Source: an uncultured Candidatus Bathyarchaeia archaeon
Lineage (GTDB): Archaea; Thermoproteota; Bathyarchaeia; Bathyarchaeales; Bathycorpusculaceae
Length of the DNA stretch: 64,000 nt
Assembly: GCA_964582085.1 (NCBI GenBank)
Contig: CAZOPV010000006.1
Location: 17,026 to 81,025, forward strand
Reading direction: 5' to 3'
Part shown: positions 17,474-27,454 of the stretch, piece by piece
Layout of the letters: the number at the start of each line of letters is the position of its first letter
How positions within the stretch are numbered: position 1 is the first letter of the stretch
The notes under the pieces: model-generated
Told to the model about the DNA's origin: nothing
Seen by the model: only the letters and a program-made list of their open reading frames with translations
Database searches by the model: none
Translations under genes and position numbers: made by a program

Positions 17474-19702
17474 ATGTCGCTTCCACAGCGTGCCCGTGGA
17501 GTTAAAGTTCTCAAAGCCGTTTCGTCTCCTATTAGGTTGCAAATTTTAAATCTCCTTTTTGATAAAGGTGCTCTTTCTTACACAGAGCTTATGAACGCCT
17601 TAAAGATGAATCCTGGTCGTGATGCTGGGAGGTTTGCATACCACTTAAAATTTCTTTTGAAGGCAAGTTTGGTGGAGGCTGATGTTGAAACAAAAAAGTA
17701 CTTACTGACGGATCTCGGCAAAATGGTTATAGATGTAGCGGATAGGGTGGAAAAAAGAGCAGTTAAATCCAAGGGTGTGCTTGTCCGTACATCGCATTTA
17801 ACTTTTGAAGAGTTTGACGCAAACAAAATCTCTAATTCGCTTATAAAAGAGGCAAAAATGCCTGTTGATTTGGCGCAGAAAATCGCCAAAGAGGCTGAAA
17901 AAATTATCCTTAAATCTAAAACTAAATATTTAACTGCACCTTTAATTCGTGAAATCGTAAACGTGCTTCTTATTGAAAAAGGTTTTGAAGATTACCGTCA
18001 CAAGTTGACAAGGCTAGGCTTGCCTGTTCATGAAGTTACCGCTTTAATTGAAGCAAAGGATAAAGAGCACTCAGACGAAATTGAGGAACTGTTGTTAACC
18101 GTTGGAAAATCAGTGCTTCGAGAATACACTCTTTTGAACGTTTTTCCCCGCGACATAGCGGATGCTCACCTAGCTGGTGTGCTTCACGTTAGCGGTCTAG
18201 GTACTTGGATTTTGAAACCCTGTGAAGTTGTTCATGACCTACGTTTCTTTCTACAAAACGGTCTGCGTGTGGATAACTATAATGTACTTTATCATTCTGA
18301 TGCTCCTGCCGAGAACTTCCAAGCTGCGCTATCAATGGTTTTTAACCTCTTGTTGTTGTGCTGCCAAGAAGTGAGTACAACTCAAACGATTGCCCACTTC
18401 AATGTGTTTCTGGCGCCTTACGTTAAGTGTTTAGACCCTGAAAAAGTGAAAGAGACTTTACGTTTGTTTATTTTGGACCTAAATAGGCATGTGAATGTTT
18501 CTTTAGTTCTTGATTTGTCAATTCCCACTACCCTCGCTGAAAAAAACGCTGTAGGCGCAAAGGGTAAGATAGTGGGTAAATATGGCGATTTTATTGATGA
18601 AAGCCAACTTTTAGTTAATCTTTTGTTTGACATTTTTTTGGAAAAAAGTCAGCTTAAACCTGTAGTAAATCCAAAAATTATCTTCAGAATCAGCCCTGAA
18701 GATCTTAAGGATGAGAAAAAGTACGCTATAATTCTTAAAGCTCACGGTGTAGCTGCAGAAAAAGGGTCCATTTACTTTGCTAGTGTCGTGCAAAGACAAA
18801 AAGGCGAAAAAACCACGGTTTTTTCTGCAAGTGGGCTTACACTTGAAGCTGATTTTACTGGTGACTGGGAAACAGATACTTTGAGAACTGGTTGCTTAGG
18901 GTATGTCGGGATTAATTTGCCCCGCATTGTTCAGGAGAGCGAAAAGGACAAAAATAGATTTCTGACTCTTCTCAAGGAGCGGTGTGAACTTGCGGAACGT
19001 GCATTAGGTATAAAGCAGCGTGCCCTTAGGCAACACGGTAAAACTATTTTGCCTTTTATGATGCAGGATACCAACGGCGATGTTTACTTTAGATTGGAAA
19101 ACTGTGCTGGCATAATAAATCTTGTGGGGTTAAAAGAAGCTGTGGAGAACTTCACCTCAAAAGGGCTTTGTGATAAAGAAAGTCTAAGCTTCGCCAAAGA
19201 AGTCGTGCATGAGAGTTTAGCTTTTGTTAATAAGACAGGGAGGAAACATGGAAAACGTCTGTTTCTCTCTATTTTGCCCAGTCCAGAAGCCTCTTTAAGG
19301 TTTGCCCGTCTTGACATTGAAAAATATGGGATTGCAAAAACCAAATTCTCCGGTGCTAGGGAGAAGCCTTTTTATTCAACTGTACATCGGTTGCAGCTCC
19401 AACCAGGTGATTTTTTGTCTGTTCCTTCTGAACAGTTAGAGGTTGAGCGAAGCTTGAGAGGGTTAAATGGAGGTGGAAATTTAACAATTATAGATGTTGA
19501 TGGAGTGGAAATTAAACCGCAAGAGTTGTTGAAGTTGACTTGCCATTTGATGGAAAATCAAAATGTGACTTTTTTAACTTACAATCGCAAAGTTACCTAT
19601 TGCGTTATCTGCCAAAAAAGCTGGTTTGGAGCGTTGCATAAATGCCCTTCATGTGGGGCTATTAGTAGCGTTGTGACTTTTGACCGGTTCAAATTTACAT
19701 AA
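17474..19702 (+). CDS. ArsR-type wHTH + ATP-cone + anaerobic RNR (NrdD)-like domain protein, probably non-catalytic
   Basis: N-terminal SSPIRLQILNLLFDKGALSYTELMNAL (ArsR HTH). ATP-cone (VRTSHLTFEEFDANKISNSLI..APLIREIVNVLLIEKG). NrdD-like core (AHLAGVLHV.., GYVGINLPRIV). C-terminal CVICQ..CPSCG zinc ribbon. The protein ends ..VVTFDRFKFT with no RVxGY glycyl-radical motif. Confidence 0.7.
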   Translation: MSLPQRARGVKVLKAVSSPIRLQILNLLFDKGALSYTELMNALKMNPGRDAGRFAYHLKFLLKASLVEADVETKKYLLTDLGKMVIDVADRVEKRAVKSKGVLVRTSHLTFEEFDANKISNSLIKEAKMPVDLAQKIAKEAEKIILKSKTKYLTAPLIREIVNVLLIEKGFEDYRHKLTRLGLPVHEVTALIEAKDKEHSDEIEELLLTVGKSVLREYTLLNVFPRDIADAHLAGVLHVSGLGTWILKPCEVVHDLRFFLQNGLRVDNYNVLYHSDAPAENFQAALSMVFNLLLLCCQEVSTTQTIAHFNVFLAPYVKCLDPEKVKETLRLFILDLNRHVNVSLVLDLSIPTTLAEKNAVGAKGKIVGKYGDFIDESQLLVNLLFDIFLEKSQLKPVVNPKIIFRISPEDLKDEKKYAIILKAHGVAAEKGSIYFASVVQRQKGEKTTVFSASGLTLEADFTGDWETDTLRTGCLGYVGINLPRIVQESEKDKNRFLTLLKERCELAERALGIKQRALRQHGKTILPFMMQDTNGDVYFRLENCAGIINLVGLKEAVENFTSKGLCDKESLSFAKEVVHESLAFVNKTGRKHGKRLFLSILPSPEASLRFARLDIEKYGIAKTKFSGAREKPFYSTVHRLQLQPGDFLSVPSEQLEVERSLRGLNGGGNLTIIDVDGVEIKPQELLKLTCHLMENQNVTFLTYNRKVTYCVICQKSWFGALHKCPSCGAISSVVTFDRFKFT

Positions 19703-19706
19703 CGGC

Positions 19707-20693
<987 letters not shown>

Positions 20694-20777
20694 TTACAAA
20701 TTTTTGTAGGTCCCATTTTTGCATAAGCTTTTTAATTTCGGCTTCTTTTAATATCTATAAATGTGGAGAGAATTTGT

Positions 20778-21011
20778 ATGCCTAGAGCCTTTGTGTTGAT
20801 AAATGTGGAGTCTGGTTCAGAAGATGATGTCTTGAGGGGGTTACGGGGTGTTGAGGGTGTTGAGGAAGCCTACTTTTCCTACGGAGTGTACGACATTATC
20901 GCTAAAATCAAGGCTAGTAGTATGGAAGAGCTCAAAGAGATGGTTACTAAAAAAGTGAGGGCGCTATCTAAAGTGCGGTCAACCCTTACTTTGATAATGA
21001 TGGAAGAGTGA
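20778..21011 (+). CDS. Stand-alone Lrp/AsnC ligand-binding (RAM) domain protein
   Basis: The 77-aa MPRAFVLINVESGSEDDVLRGLRGVEGVEEAYFSYGVYDIIAKIKA.. sequence is a RAM domain without an HTH. The ATG at 20778 is preferred over the GTG at 20763. Confidence 0.65.
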   Translation: MPRAFVLINVESGSEDDVLRGLRGVEGVEEAYFSYGVYDIIAKIKASSMEELKEMVTKKVRALSKVRSTLTLIMMEE

Positions 21012-21485
21012 GCTTCTTCAAAATTTAACTTAAACATATTTTTGTTTTTGCTGTTAATCTGCTATTGTCGAGTTTTTAGATGTATTAGGTAGGTTTGTGT
21101 AACGTAACTGATTGTATAAAACTTGGTTGTACAAAACCTGTGTGGTGTGCTCTACTACGCACACAAATACAATAGGCGACGTCGAGATTGTGTTTGTGAG
21201 CAAAAGCGTGTGGTTGCAAGTATTTGCGATTGCTGTGTGTTGTGTGTAAATTGATTTTTGCTTCTGAGTTTTAAACAAGATGGTGAATACTGAATCTTAC
21301 GACAGAATATATTTATAAGAAAAACGCTATTCCATGTTTCAAAGAAAAAAGTCGGCGAAAACCATGAAACCACCCAAAACATTCCAATTTAAAGTAAATT
21401 TCAGGACACGAATCAATTGGTTCGCCTTTTCTACAGTTAGCCGACCATTGCTAAACGCAATTGGTTTAGGAGGTGAAAAGGTTCA

Positions 21486-22100
21486 ATGAATGCTCTAAGC
21501 AAGCTACTAAAGAACCGATACGCGTTAAGCACCGTTGTCACTACGTTAATTATACTCGTCATTTCCGTGTTACTTGCAAGTGTTGTAACTTACTTCGCCA
21601 TCAACGTCGTTAGCACTCGTGTACAGGAAGAAAGTTTGCACTTAACTAAGCAGCACATCTGGCACAATTCCACCGCCACTTCGGGTACAGTTGCTTACTC
21701 GCAGGCTTCACTGATGGTGATTAACACAGGAGGCAGAGATATAGTAATTGATAAGTTGGCTGTTCGAGGTCAAGAATGCTCTTGGAATAACTCAGATAGC
21801 TCAAACAAGCAACTTGTACTCTACTGTACAACTAACAATCCAATATCTGCAGACATGTCCTACATATATAACTTTAACATCACTGGTACTAACACAGTGA
21901 ACTTTGACGGTACAGACTACACCTTCCAAGTGGCAAACAGTGACCTAGTGTTGCAGTCAGGATACACGTTGCTGTTATACATCGTCAACCCAGACTCAAT
22001 TACAATCAACGACATTGGCTTGACCGTAAGCATAACGTTGTACACCGCCCAAGCAATGTACTACAGAGAGGCTAACGTACAAGCAGTATCAGCTACATAA
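21486..22100 (+). CDS. Archaeal type IV pilin (class III signal peptide), paralog 1
   Basis: KNRYA|LSTVVTTLIILVISVLLASVV is a prepilin-like N-terminus. A perfect GGAGGTGA SD sits at 21469-21476. The C-terminal domain is beta-rich. Confidence 0.8.
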   Translation: MNALSKLLKNRYALSTVVTTLIILVISVLLASVVTYFAINVVSTRVQEESLHLTKQHIWHNSTATSGTVAYSQASLMVINTGGRDIVIDKLAVRGQECSWNNSDSSNKQLVLYCTTNNPISADMSYIYNFNITGTNTVNFDGTDYTFQVANSDLVLQSGYTLLLYIVNPDSITINDIGLTVSITLYTAQAMYYREANVQAVSAT

Positions 22101-22104
22101 AACA

Positions 22105-22129
22105 CCTTTTTTCTTTCTTTGTTTTTTGT
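22105..22129 (+). terminator. Oligo-T tract after pilin 1
   Basis: CCTTTTTTCTTTCTTTGTTTTTTGT follows the stop. It may attenuate rather than fully terminate. Confidence 0.3.
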
Positions 22130-22209
22130 GCTCGTCTGTAATGTGTAGCTTTTTTATACGCACAAATTTACTTATCCAAAACTTGCTTATTGCTTTTTCA
22201 GTGATAAAA

Positions 22210-22764
22210 ATGAGAAATATACTGAAAAATCGATATGCTCTAAGCACGGTTGTAACTACACTGATTATCCTTGTTGTTTCAGTGCTACTCGCAGGTGTCG
22301 TCACTTACTTTGCCATCAACGTAACTAGCACACGGGTTCAAGAGGAAAGTTTGCACCTCACCAAGCAACATGTATGGTACGCAGCGAACGGTACTTCATA
22401 TTCTTCCGAAGCAGCCATCATGATTATAAACACTGGCGGACGCGACGTTGTCATTGATAAATTAACCGTTCGAGGTCAAGAAGTTGCATGGACTAACGTA
22501 TTCTACAACATCACCACAGACTCAGTATCTGCCGATCTATCTTTCAACTCTACACTGGTAGATGGTGGTTCTATAAGCGTTGGTAGCTCATACATATTTA
22601 AGCAGGCATCAACTGACCTGACGCTCGAATCAGGCAAAACCATGTTGATCTACATCGCTAGCCCAGATAGCATTACCGTCAACGACATCGGCTTGACAGT
22701 TGCCATAACGGTCTTTACATCGCAGGCAATGTACTATAAAGAAACCAACGTAGAATCAAGCTAA
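22210..22764 (+). CDS. Archaeal type IV pilin (class III signal peptide), paralog 2
   Basis: MRNILKNRYA|LSTVVTTLIILVVSVLLAGVV. The first ~55 residues are near-identical to paralog 1. The ATG at 22210 is preferred over the track start at 22126. Confidence 0.8.
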   Translation: MRNILKNRYALSTVVTTLIILVVSVLLAGVVTYFAINVTSTRVQEESLHLTKQHVWYAANGTSYSSEAAIMIINTGGRDVVIDKLTVRGQEVAWTNVFYNITTDSVSADLSFNSTLVDGGSISVGSSYIFKQASTDLTLESGKTMLIYIASPDSITVNDIGLTVAITVFTSQAMYYKETNVESS

Positions 22765-22793
22765 AAGAGCCAACCAAAAACAAAAACCCCCCA

Positions 22794-22811
22794 CTTTTCC
22801 TTTTCTTTTTA
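22794..22811 (+). terminator. Oligo-T terminator candidate after pilin 2
   Basis: CTTTTCCTTTTCTTTTTA. Confidence 0.3.
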
Positions 22812-22939
22812 TACCAAGAATTTTCGTTGATTTTAGTACCTTATTGCTTTTTGTGGCTTATCTAACTTTACTTTTAAAAGTGGCGTTTCAAGCTGAATGT
22901 CGGTGCAATATGTAGTTGGTATGACGCACAAATAGCTTA

Positions 22940-23842
22940 ATGCATTTTTCACGAACTCTTTTTATCGAAGTTAGCCACAGGGAAGCGAATGCACTGTTGT
23001 CAAGACCTCAAAATAAATGTCTATACTTAAAATCAAGTTTCTTTAAATCTAAAAAAGCGTTAGCTCTGCCCGCCACCTTTCTTATACTCTTCGTTTCTAC
23101 GCTCGGCTTAATTTCTGTTACATACTATTTTGCCGTCGAAAAGGTGAACGCTCGAAGTCAAAACCTCAAGATTTCAACGGCGAAGCAGGATTTTTTGGCT
23201 ATTGATGAAGGTGTTTTGGCTGTTGTGTGGCAACCAGGTTCTTCGCGGGCACTCGAAATTAGTGATTCAGGTGGAAAACTTTGCGTAGAGCCTACAAGCA
23301 GTGCGCTTTCAATTAGAATTTCAGACGGCAGAGACATAAACCAGACAGTTTTCAATAAAACTGTAGGGCAAGTCACATATCAACTGCCGTATTCTGAATC
23401 TCCTGAGACTGGGTTGTACCTGAAAGGTGACAGTCGCTCCGTGGCCAACCAGTCTGGCTCGTTAATTTCTCAAGTTTCCATACAAAATGGTGCTGAACAC
23501 CCTGAACTTCTTTTGCGTTATCGTCCTGCGGTGTCACATGCAGTATTAGGCATCGAGGGTGGTCGTCCAGTTAACAGTGTGCGTGTCTATGTGGTCAACA
23601 TGAATTCTTCGGAAACCATTGCTTTGCACGGCCGAGTTCCTCTGAAAATTTCTTGCTGTAGCACACGGATAACAACCACGACTTACACTGTATCCTACAG
23701 TGTTGCATCTCTGACTATAACCTCTTTTCTGGAAGAAAGTAGCGGGCAGGTCGCAATTCCAATTTCAAGTACAGAAGTCGGTGCAGTAATTAACTTTGAC
23801 ATTGTCGAGGCGGACATAAAAATTGAGAGGTGTCTGCGGTAA
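22940..23842 (+). CDS. Pilin-like protein (class III signal-like N-terminus)
   Basis: KSKKA|LALPATFLILFVSTLGLISVTYYF. The stop TAA abuts the next ATG. The true start may be the TTG at 22997. Confidence 0.65.
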   Translation: MHFSRTLFIEVSHREANALLSRPQNKCLYLKSSFFKSKKALALPATFLILFVSTLGLISVTYYFAVEKVNARSQNLKISTAKQDFLAIDEGVLAVVWQPGSSRALEISDSGGKLCVEPTSSALSIRISDGRDINQTVFNKTVGQVTYQLPYSESPETGLYLKGDSRSVANQSGSLISQVSIQNGAEHPELLLRYRPAVSHAVLGIEGGRPVNSVRVYVVNMNSSETIALHGRVPLKISCCSTRITTTTYTVSYSVASLTITSFLEESSGQVAIPISSTEVGAVINFDIVEADIKIERCLR

Positions 23843-24292
23843 ATGCCTTCTGTTATTCCGGGGTACGTTTACACTCTGTTTGCCTCAGTTATCATCGGAA
23901 CTCTTGTAATCACTACCTGTGCCTTTTCAGTTGCTGGAATAAAACATGAAGTAGAAGAACAACAGCTTTACAGTATAGCAAAGTACGTCGCGACAAAAGG
24001 TGTTGAGTTAACAAGTCAGAATCGCGCAGAAAACTTCACTGCCATTGTACATTTAGACCTCCCACCGATGATCGGAAATCAAAGATATTGGATCCAAATA
24101 TCAAATGACTCCACGAGAGCATGGGCTGAAGCAGGATTTGGGTCAACAGTAATTTCAGGTCAAAAACGTGTGGATATACCTGTTGAAGTTGCCGCATCAG
24201 GCACCTACCTAAGTGGGTCAGCTTCATCGGCTTTTCTCCAATACGCCTCTGGTGTCGATGGCGCAAGTTTAATGCTTTATGGAGGTAGCTAA
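23843..24292 (+). CDS. Small N-terminally anchored pilus-operon protein
   Basis: MPSVIPGYVYTLFASVIIGTLVITTCAF is a hydrophobic N-terminus. The gene is translationally coupled on both sides. Confidence 0.6.
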   Translation: MPSVIPGYVYTLFASVIIGTLVITTCAFSVAGIKHEVEEQQLYSIAKYVATKGVELTSQNRAENFTAIVHLDLPPMIGNQRYWIQISNDSTRAWAEAGFGSTVISGQKRVDIPVEVAASGTYLSGSASSAFLQYASGVDGASLMLYGGS

Positions 24293-24294
24293 AA

Positions 24295-25875
24295 TTGAAA
24301 CTTGGGAAAAAGAAAGATGAAGAAGTCGAAGAAGAAAAAAACTGCATTTCAGAAGAAGAACTGCTTGGTTACTTAGGTATCCAAGGTTGGCGTGTACCTG
24401 AAGGATATACGCAGATAGAAAGCTACCCTCTCAAGCCTCCGTTTTCCTACGCGTGGATATTCCAAGATGAGTCTGAAGGAGGTTACCTCTACATAGTGGA
24501 CGAGTTGGCTATGACGCGTGAGGAGCGTGCTGCTTTCAATCAGTTGAAAAACATTCTCGAGTTCGAGTTGAAAGCTCCGCGTGCAGATGAAACCCTTGAA
24601 GATTCTTTCAAAAGACAGTTTCCGATGATCCTTGATGAAAATAAAGCGGCGGTGGCAGGAATCAACCAGATTAGTTTACGAAAAATAACCTACTATCTTG
24701 AAAAAGAGCTCATTGGTTACGGAAAAATTGACGGGCTCATGTGTGACCCTCACATCGAAGATATTAGTTGTTTGGGGGTCAACAAACCTGTATTTTTGTA
24801 TCATAGAAAATACGAAAACATGCGGACAAACATACTCTATACAGATGAAGAGGAACTGGATGACTTTATAACTCGTATAGTGCATAGACAAGGCAAACAT
24901 GTTAGCATTGCTCATCCAATAGTGGATTTGACTTTACCTGGGAAACATCGACTGGCGGTTTCCTTTGGCAAAGAAACAACGCCGGCGGGCACCAGTTTTA
25001 CTATACGAAAATTCCGTGAAGACCCTATAACCATTGTGGATTTAATAACCAACGAAACCATCGATGAGTCAATTGCGGCTTACCTTTGGTTGCTGATGGA
25101 AAACAAAATGTCTGTGATGGTGGTGGGTCCAACTGGCGCAGGTAAAACTACTGCATTAAATGCTATTGCTTGCCTTGTTAGACCTGATTTCAAAATGATA
25201 TCTGTCGAAGAGGTTTCTGAGATTAACTTGCCCCAAGAAAACTGGGTTTCCACAATTTCCCGTCCTGGCTTTGGCGGTTTAAGCGAAGGTGAAGTCTCTT
25301 TGTATGACCTCATTAAGTCAGCAGTACGTCATCGCCCAGCTTTGATTCTTGTAGGAGAGGTTAGAGGAGAAGAGGCTTACGTTCTATTTCAGGCTTTAGC
25401 TACAGGGCACGGTGGGATGTGTACTCTGCATGCTGAGGATGTGGAAACTGTAATTAAGCGTCTAACTCAGCCTCCTATGAATATTCCACAAGGAATCTTG
25501 CCGCTTATGAATTGCGTCATAGTGGTCAAGCAGGTTAAAACCCCGACTTTTATAGGTTTAGATAAAAAAACTTCTAGTAGAAAATTTGTGCGCATTTCAG
25601 AGATTGATAACAATGGTGGTATTCATGATGTGTTTAGGTGGAATCCTTCAGGAGATTACTTTCAAGCAGATCTTGAAAATAGCTACCTGTTGGATAAAAT
25701 CGCTAGAAGTTTAGATGTCCCCTACAGCGTTGTCATGCAGGAGTTTGAGCGTAGAAAGCAGATACTGCTGAAAATGGTGGAGCGAGGGTTACGTGACTTT
25801 CGAAGTGTGCACAAAGCACTCTACAGTTCAATCAATGTTGAGGATGCAAATAATTCTGCTGTTAAAGGAGTTTAA
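24295..25875 (+). CDS. FlaI/PilB-type (T2SS-E family) secretion ATPase
   Basis: Walker A VVGPTGAGKTT, Walker B LILVGEVRGEEA and His box GHGGMCTLHA. IEDISC is a motif typical of archaeal FlaI-like ATPases. Confidence 0.9.
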   Translation: MKLGKKKDEEVEEEKNCISEEELLGYLGIQGWRVPEGYTQIESYPLKPPFSYAWIFQDESEGGYLYIVDELAMTREERAAFNQLKNILEFELKAPRADETLEDSFKRQFPMILDENKAAVAGINQISLRKITYYLEKELIGYGKIDGLMCDPHIEDISCLGVNKPVFLYHRKYENMRTNILYTDEEELDDFITRIVHRQGKHVSIAHPIVDLTLPGKHRLAVSFGKETTPAGTSFTIRKFREDPITIVDLITNETIDESIAAYLWLLMENKMSVMVVGPTGAGKTTALNAIACLVRPDFKMISVEEVSEINLPQENWVSTISRPGFGGLSEGEVSLYDLIKSAVRHRPALILVGEVRGEEAYVLFQALATGHGGMCTLHAEDVETVIKRLTQPPMNIPQGILPLMNCVIVVKQVKTPTFIGLDKKTSSRKFVRISEIDNNGGIHDVFRWNPSGDYFQADLENSYLLDKIARSLDVPYSVVMQEFERRKQILLKMVERGLRDFRSVHKALYSSINVEDANNSAVKGV

Positions 25876-25879
25876 GTGA

Positions 25880-27388
25880 TTGCGAGCTCAAAGTGGTTTC
25901 ATAGGTAAAATTTTGGGTAAAATTACCAGCGCGGCAAGTGAAGAACGGGAGAAACTTGAGCGCGAATTACCCTTTGTGGTCATGATTTTTACTTTGCTAT
26001 CAGCCGGTGGCGTTTCGCCTTATGACAGCTGGAAACGTATGCGCAAACTCTCTTTTTTGCCCACTTTTAGAAAAGAAGCTGAAGAAGTAATCAGACAAGT
26101 GGAGATTTTAGGTAAAGACCCCCTTGCTGTGCTACATCAACGGGCGGAAGTTACGAAATCGAAGCTCTATAGGAATTTTCTAGGAGGCTTTGTATCTTCT
26201 GTGCGGAGCGGCGGTAAACTGGTCGATTTCTTGCGTAGCGAGCTTAAGGTAATTTTTGAGTTACGGAACAACGCTATGACGCGTTCAATCGAAAAAATAG
26301 CCACTTTAGTTGAAGCTTACACCGTAATGTTGATTGTGGTTTTATGCACTTACATTTTATTTGTTGTTTTCTCCTCAACAAGCGTGATAGATATTTTATC
26401 TGCCAGTTCCTTGCCTATTTCGCCTGTAATGTCTTATATTATAGCGTTTATCTTTATGCCGGTGCTTTCCTTTATCTTTATAATGCTTGCTCATAATATG
26501 CAGACAAGCGCTTTTGTCGGCTTATCGCAACTTTACAAAAAGGCTGCCATAATTGTTGTTGCAGATATCGCCCTGATTTTTTTGCTTGTTATGTTTCCTT
26601 CCATGTTTGATTCTTCGGCGCCGCTTGGGTTGCCTGAAATCGCTGTGATTGCTCTAGTCATTGGTTCACTTATTCCTGCTGTTCAATACCGCAGAATTGC
26701 CAAGATTAACTACAATGCAGAGGATTCTGTTCCTTATTTCATTCGAGACGTTACAGAGGCAAATAAGATTGGTCTTTCACCTGAAAAAAGCCTTATACAA
26801 GCGGCAAAGCGTAAGGGTTATGGCAACTTTTCAAAGTTTTTGGAGCTTTTGCGTAGCCAGATTGAGTGGGGTGTGCCTTTACGTAAAACTTTTGCTAACT
26901 TGAGCAAGGAAATTAAGAGTTGGTTTGTTACGCTTAATTTTGCAATGATGATTGAGACTATTGAAATCGGTGGAAATGTTACTCCGTCTTTGGAGATACT
27001 TTCCGAGTATAGTGAAAAGGAACGTGAATTGCAAATTAACAAACGTGCTTTGTTGCGTCCCTACATTATGCTTGCTGTTATCTGGAGTATTTTGATTGCC
27101 GTAACTACCACAATTGTGGCTATAACGACTTATATGATGTCCTCTGTTGTCGGTAGTAGTCTTTCTTCTGTTGCGTTCATGGCGATGCAAAGTCAAATGC
27201 GGATTTTCTCAGTAGGTATTATTCTTCAATGTTGGATTTCAGGTTTTTTCATTGGGAAAATAAGCGAAGGTAACTTCGGAGCAGGTTTCCAGTATTCTGC
27301 ATTGCTTGCTGGAGTTGCTTATGTATCTTTGGTGTTGTCTCAGCAACTGCTATCCGGTATGTTTGGGTTATCGCCGGTGATGAGTTAA
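25880..27388 (+). CDS. FlaJ/TadC-type polytopic platform protein (two T2SS-F domains in one chain)
   Basis: 502 aa with two cytoplasmic helical domains, each followed by TM clusters. It lies directly downstream of the ATPase. Confidence 0.8.
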   Translation: MRAQSGFIGKILGKITSAASEEREKLERELPFVVMIFTLLSAGGVSPYDSWKRMRKLSFLPTFRKEAEEVIRQVEILGKDPLAVLHQRAEVTKSKLYRNFLGGFVSSVRSGGKLVDFLRSELKVIFELRNNAMTRSIEKIATLVEAYTVMLIVVLCTYILFVVFSSTSVIDILSASSLPISPVMSYIIAFIFMPVLSFIFIMLAHNMQTSAFVGLSQLYKKAAIIVVADIALIFLLVMFPSMFDSSAPLGLPEIAVIALVIGSLIPAVQYRRIAKINYNAEDSVPYFIRDVTEANKIGLSPEKSLIQAAKRKGYGNFSKFLELLRSQIEWGVPLRKTFANLSKEIKSWFVTLNFAMMIETIEIGGNVTPSLEILSEYSEKERELQINKRALLRPYIMLAVIWSILIAVTTTIVAITTYMMSSVVGSSLSSVAFMAMQSQMRIFSVGIILQCWISGFFIGKISEGNFGAGFQYSALLAGVAYVSLVLSQQLLSGMFGLSPVMS

Positions 27389-27454
27389 AGGAGGGAAACA
27401 AAAATTCCTACAATTGCCATTGATACTTTCTTTGCATGTTCGCTAGTAGTTAGT

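Noticed and set aside
21054-21382. Two overlapping minus-strand ORFs (74 and 75 aa) upstream of the pilin operon.
   Set aside because: Their translations are low-complexity (Q/T/N/C-rich), they overlap each other in different frames, and they sit in a region better explained as regulatory.
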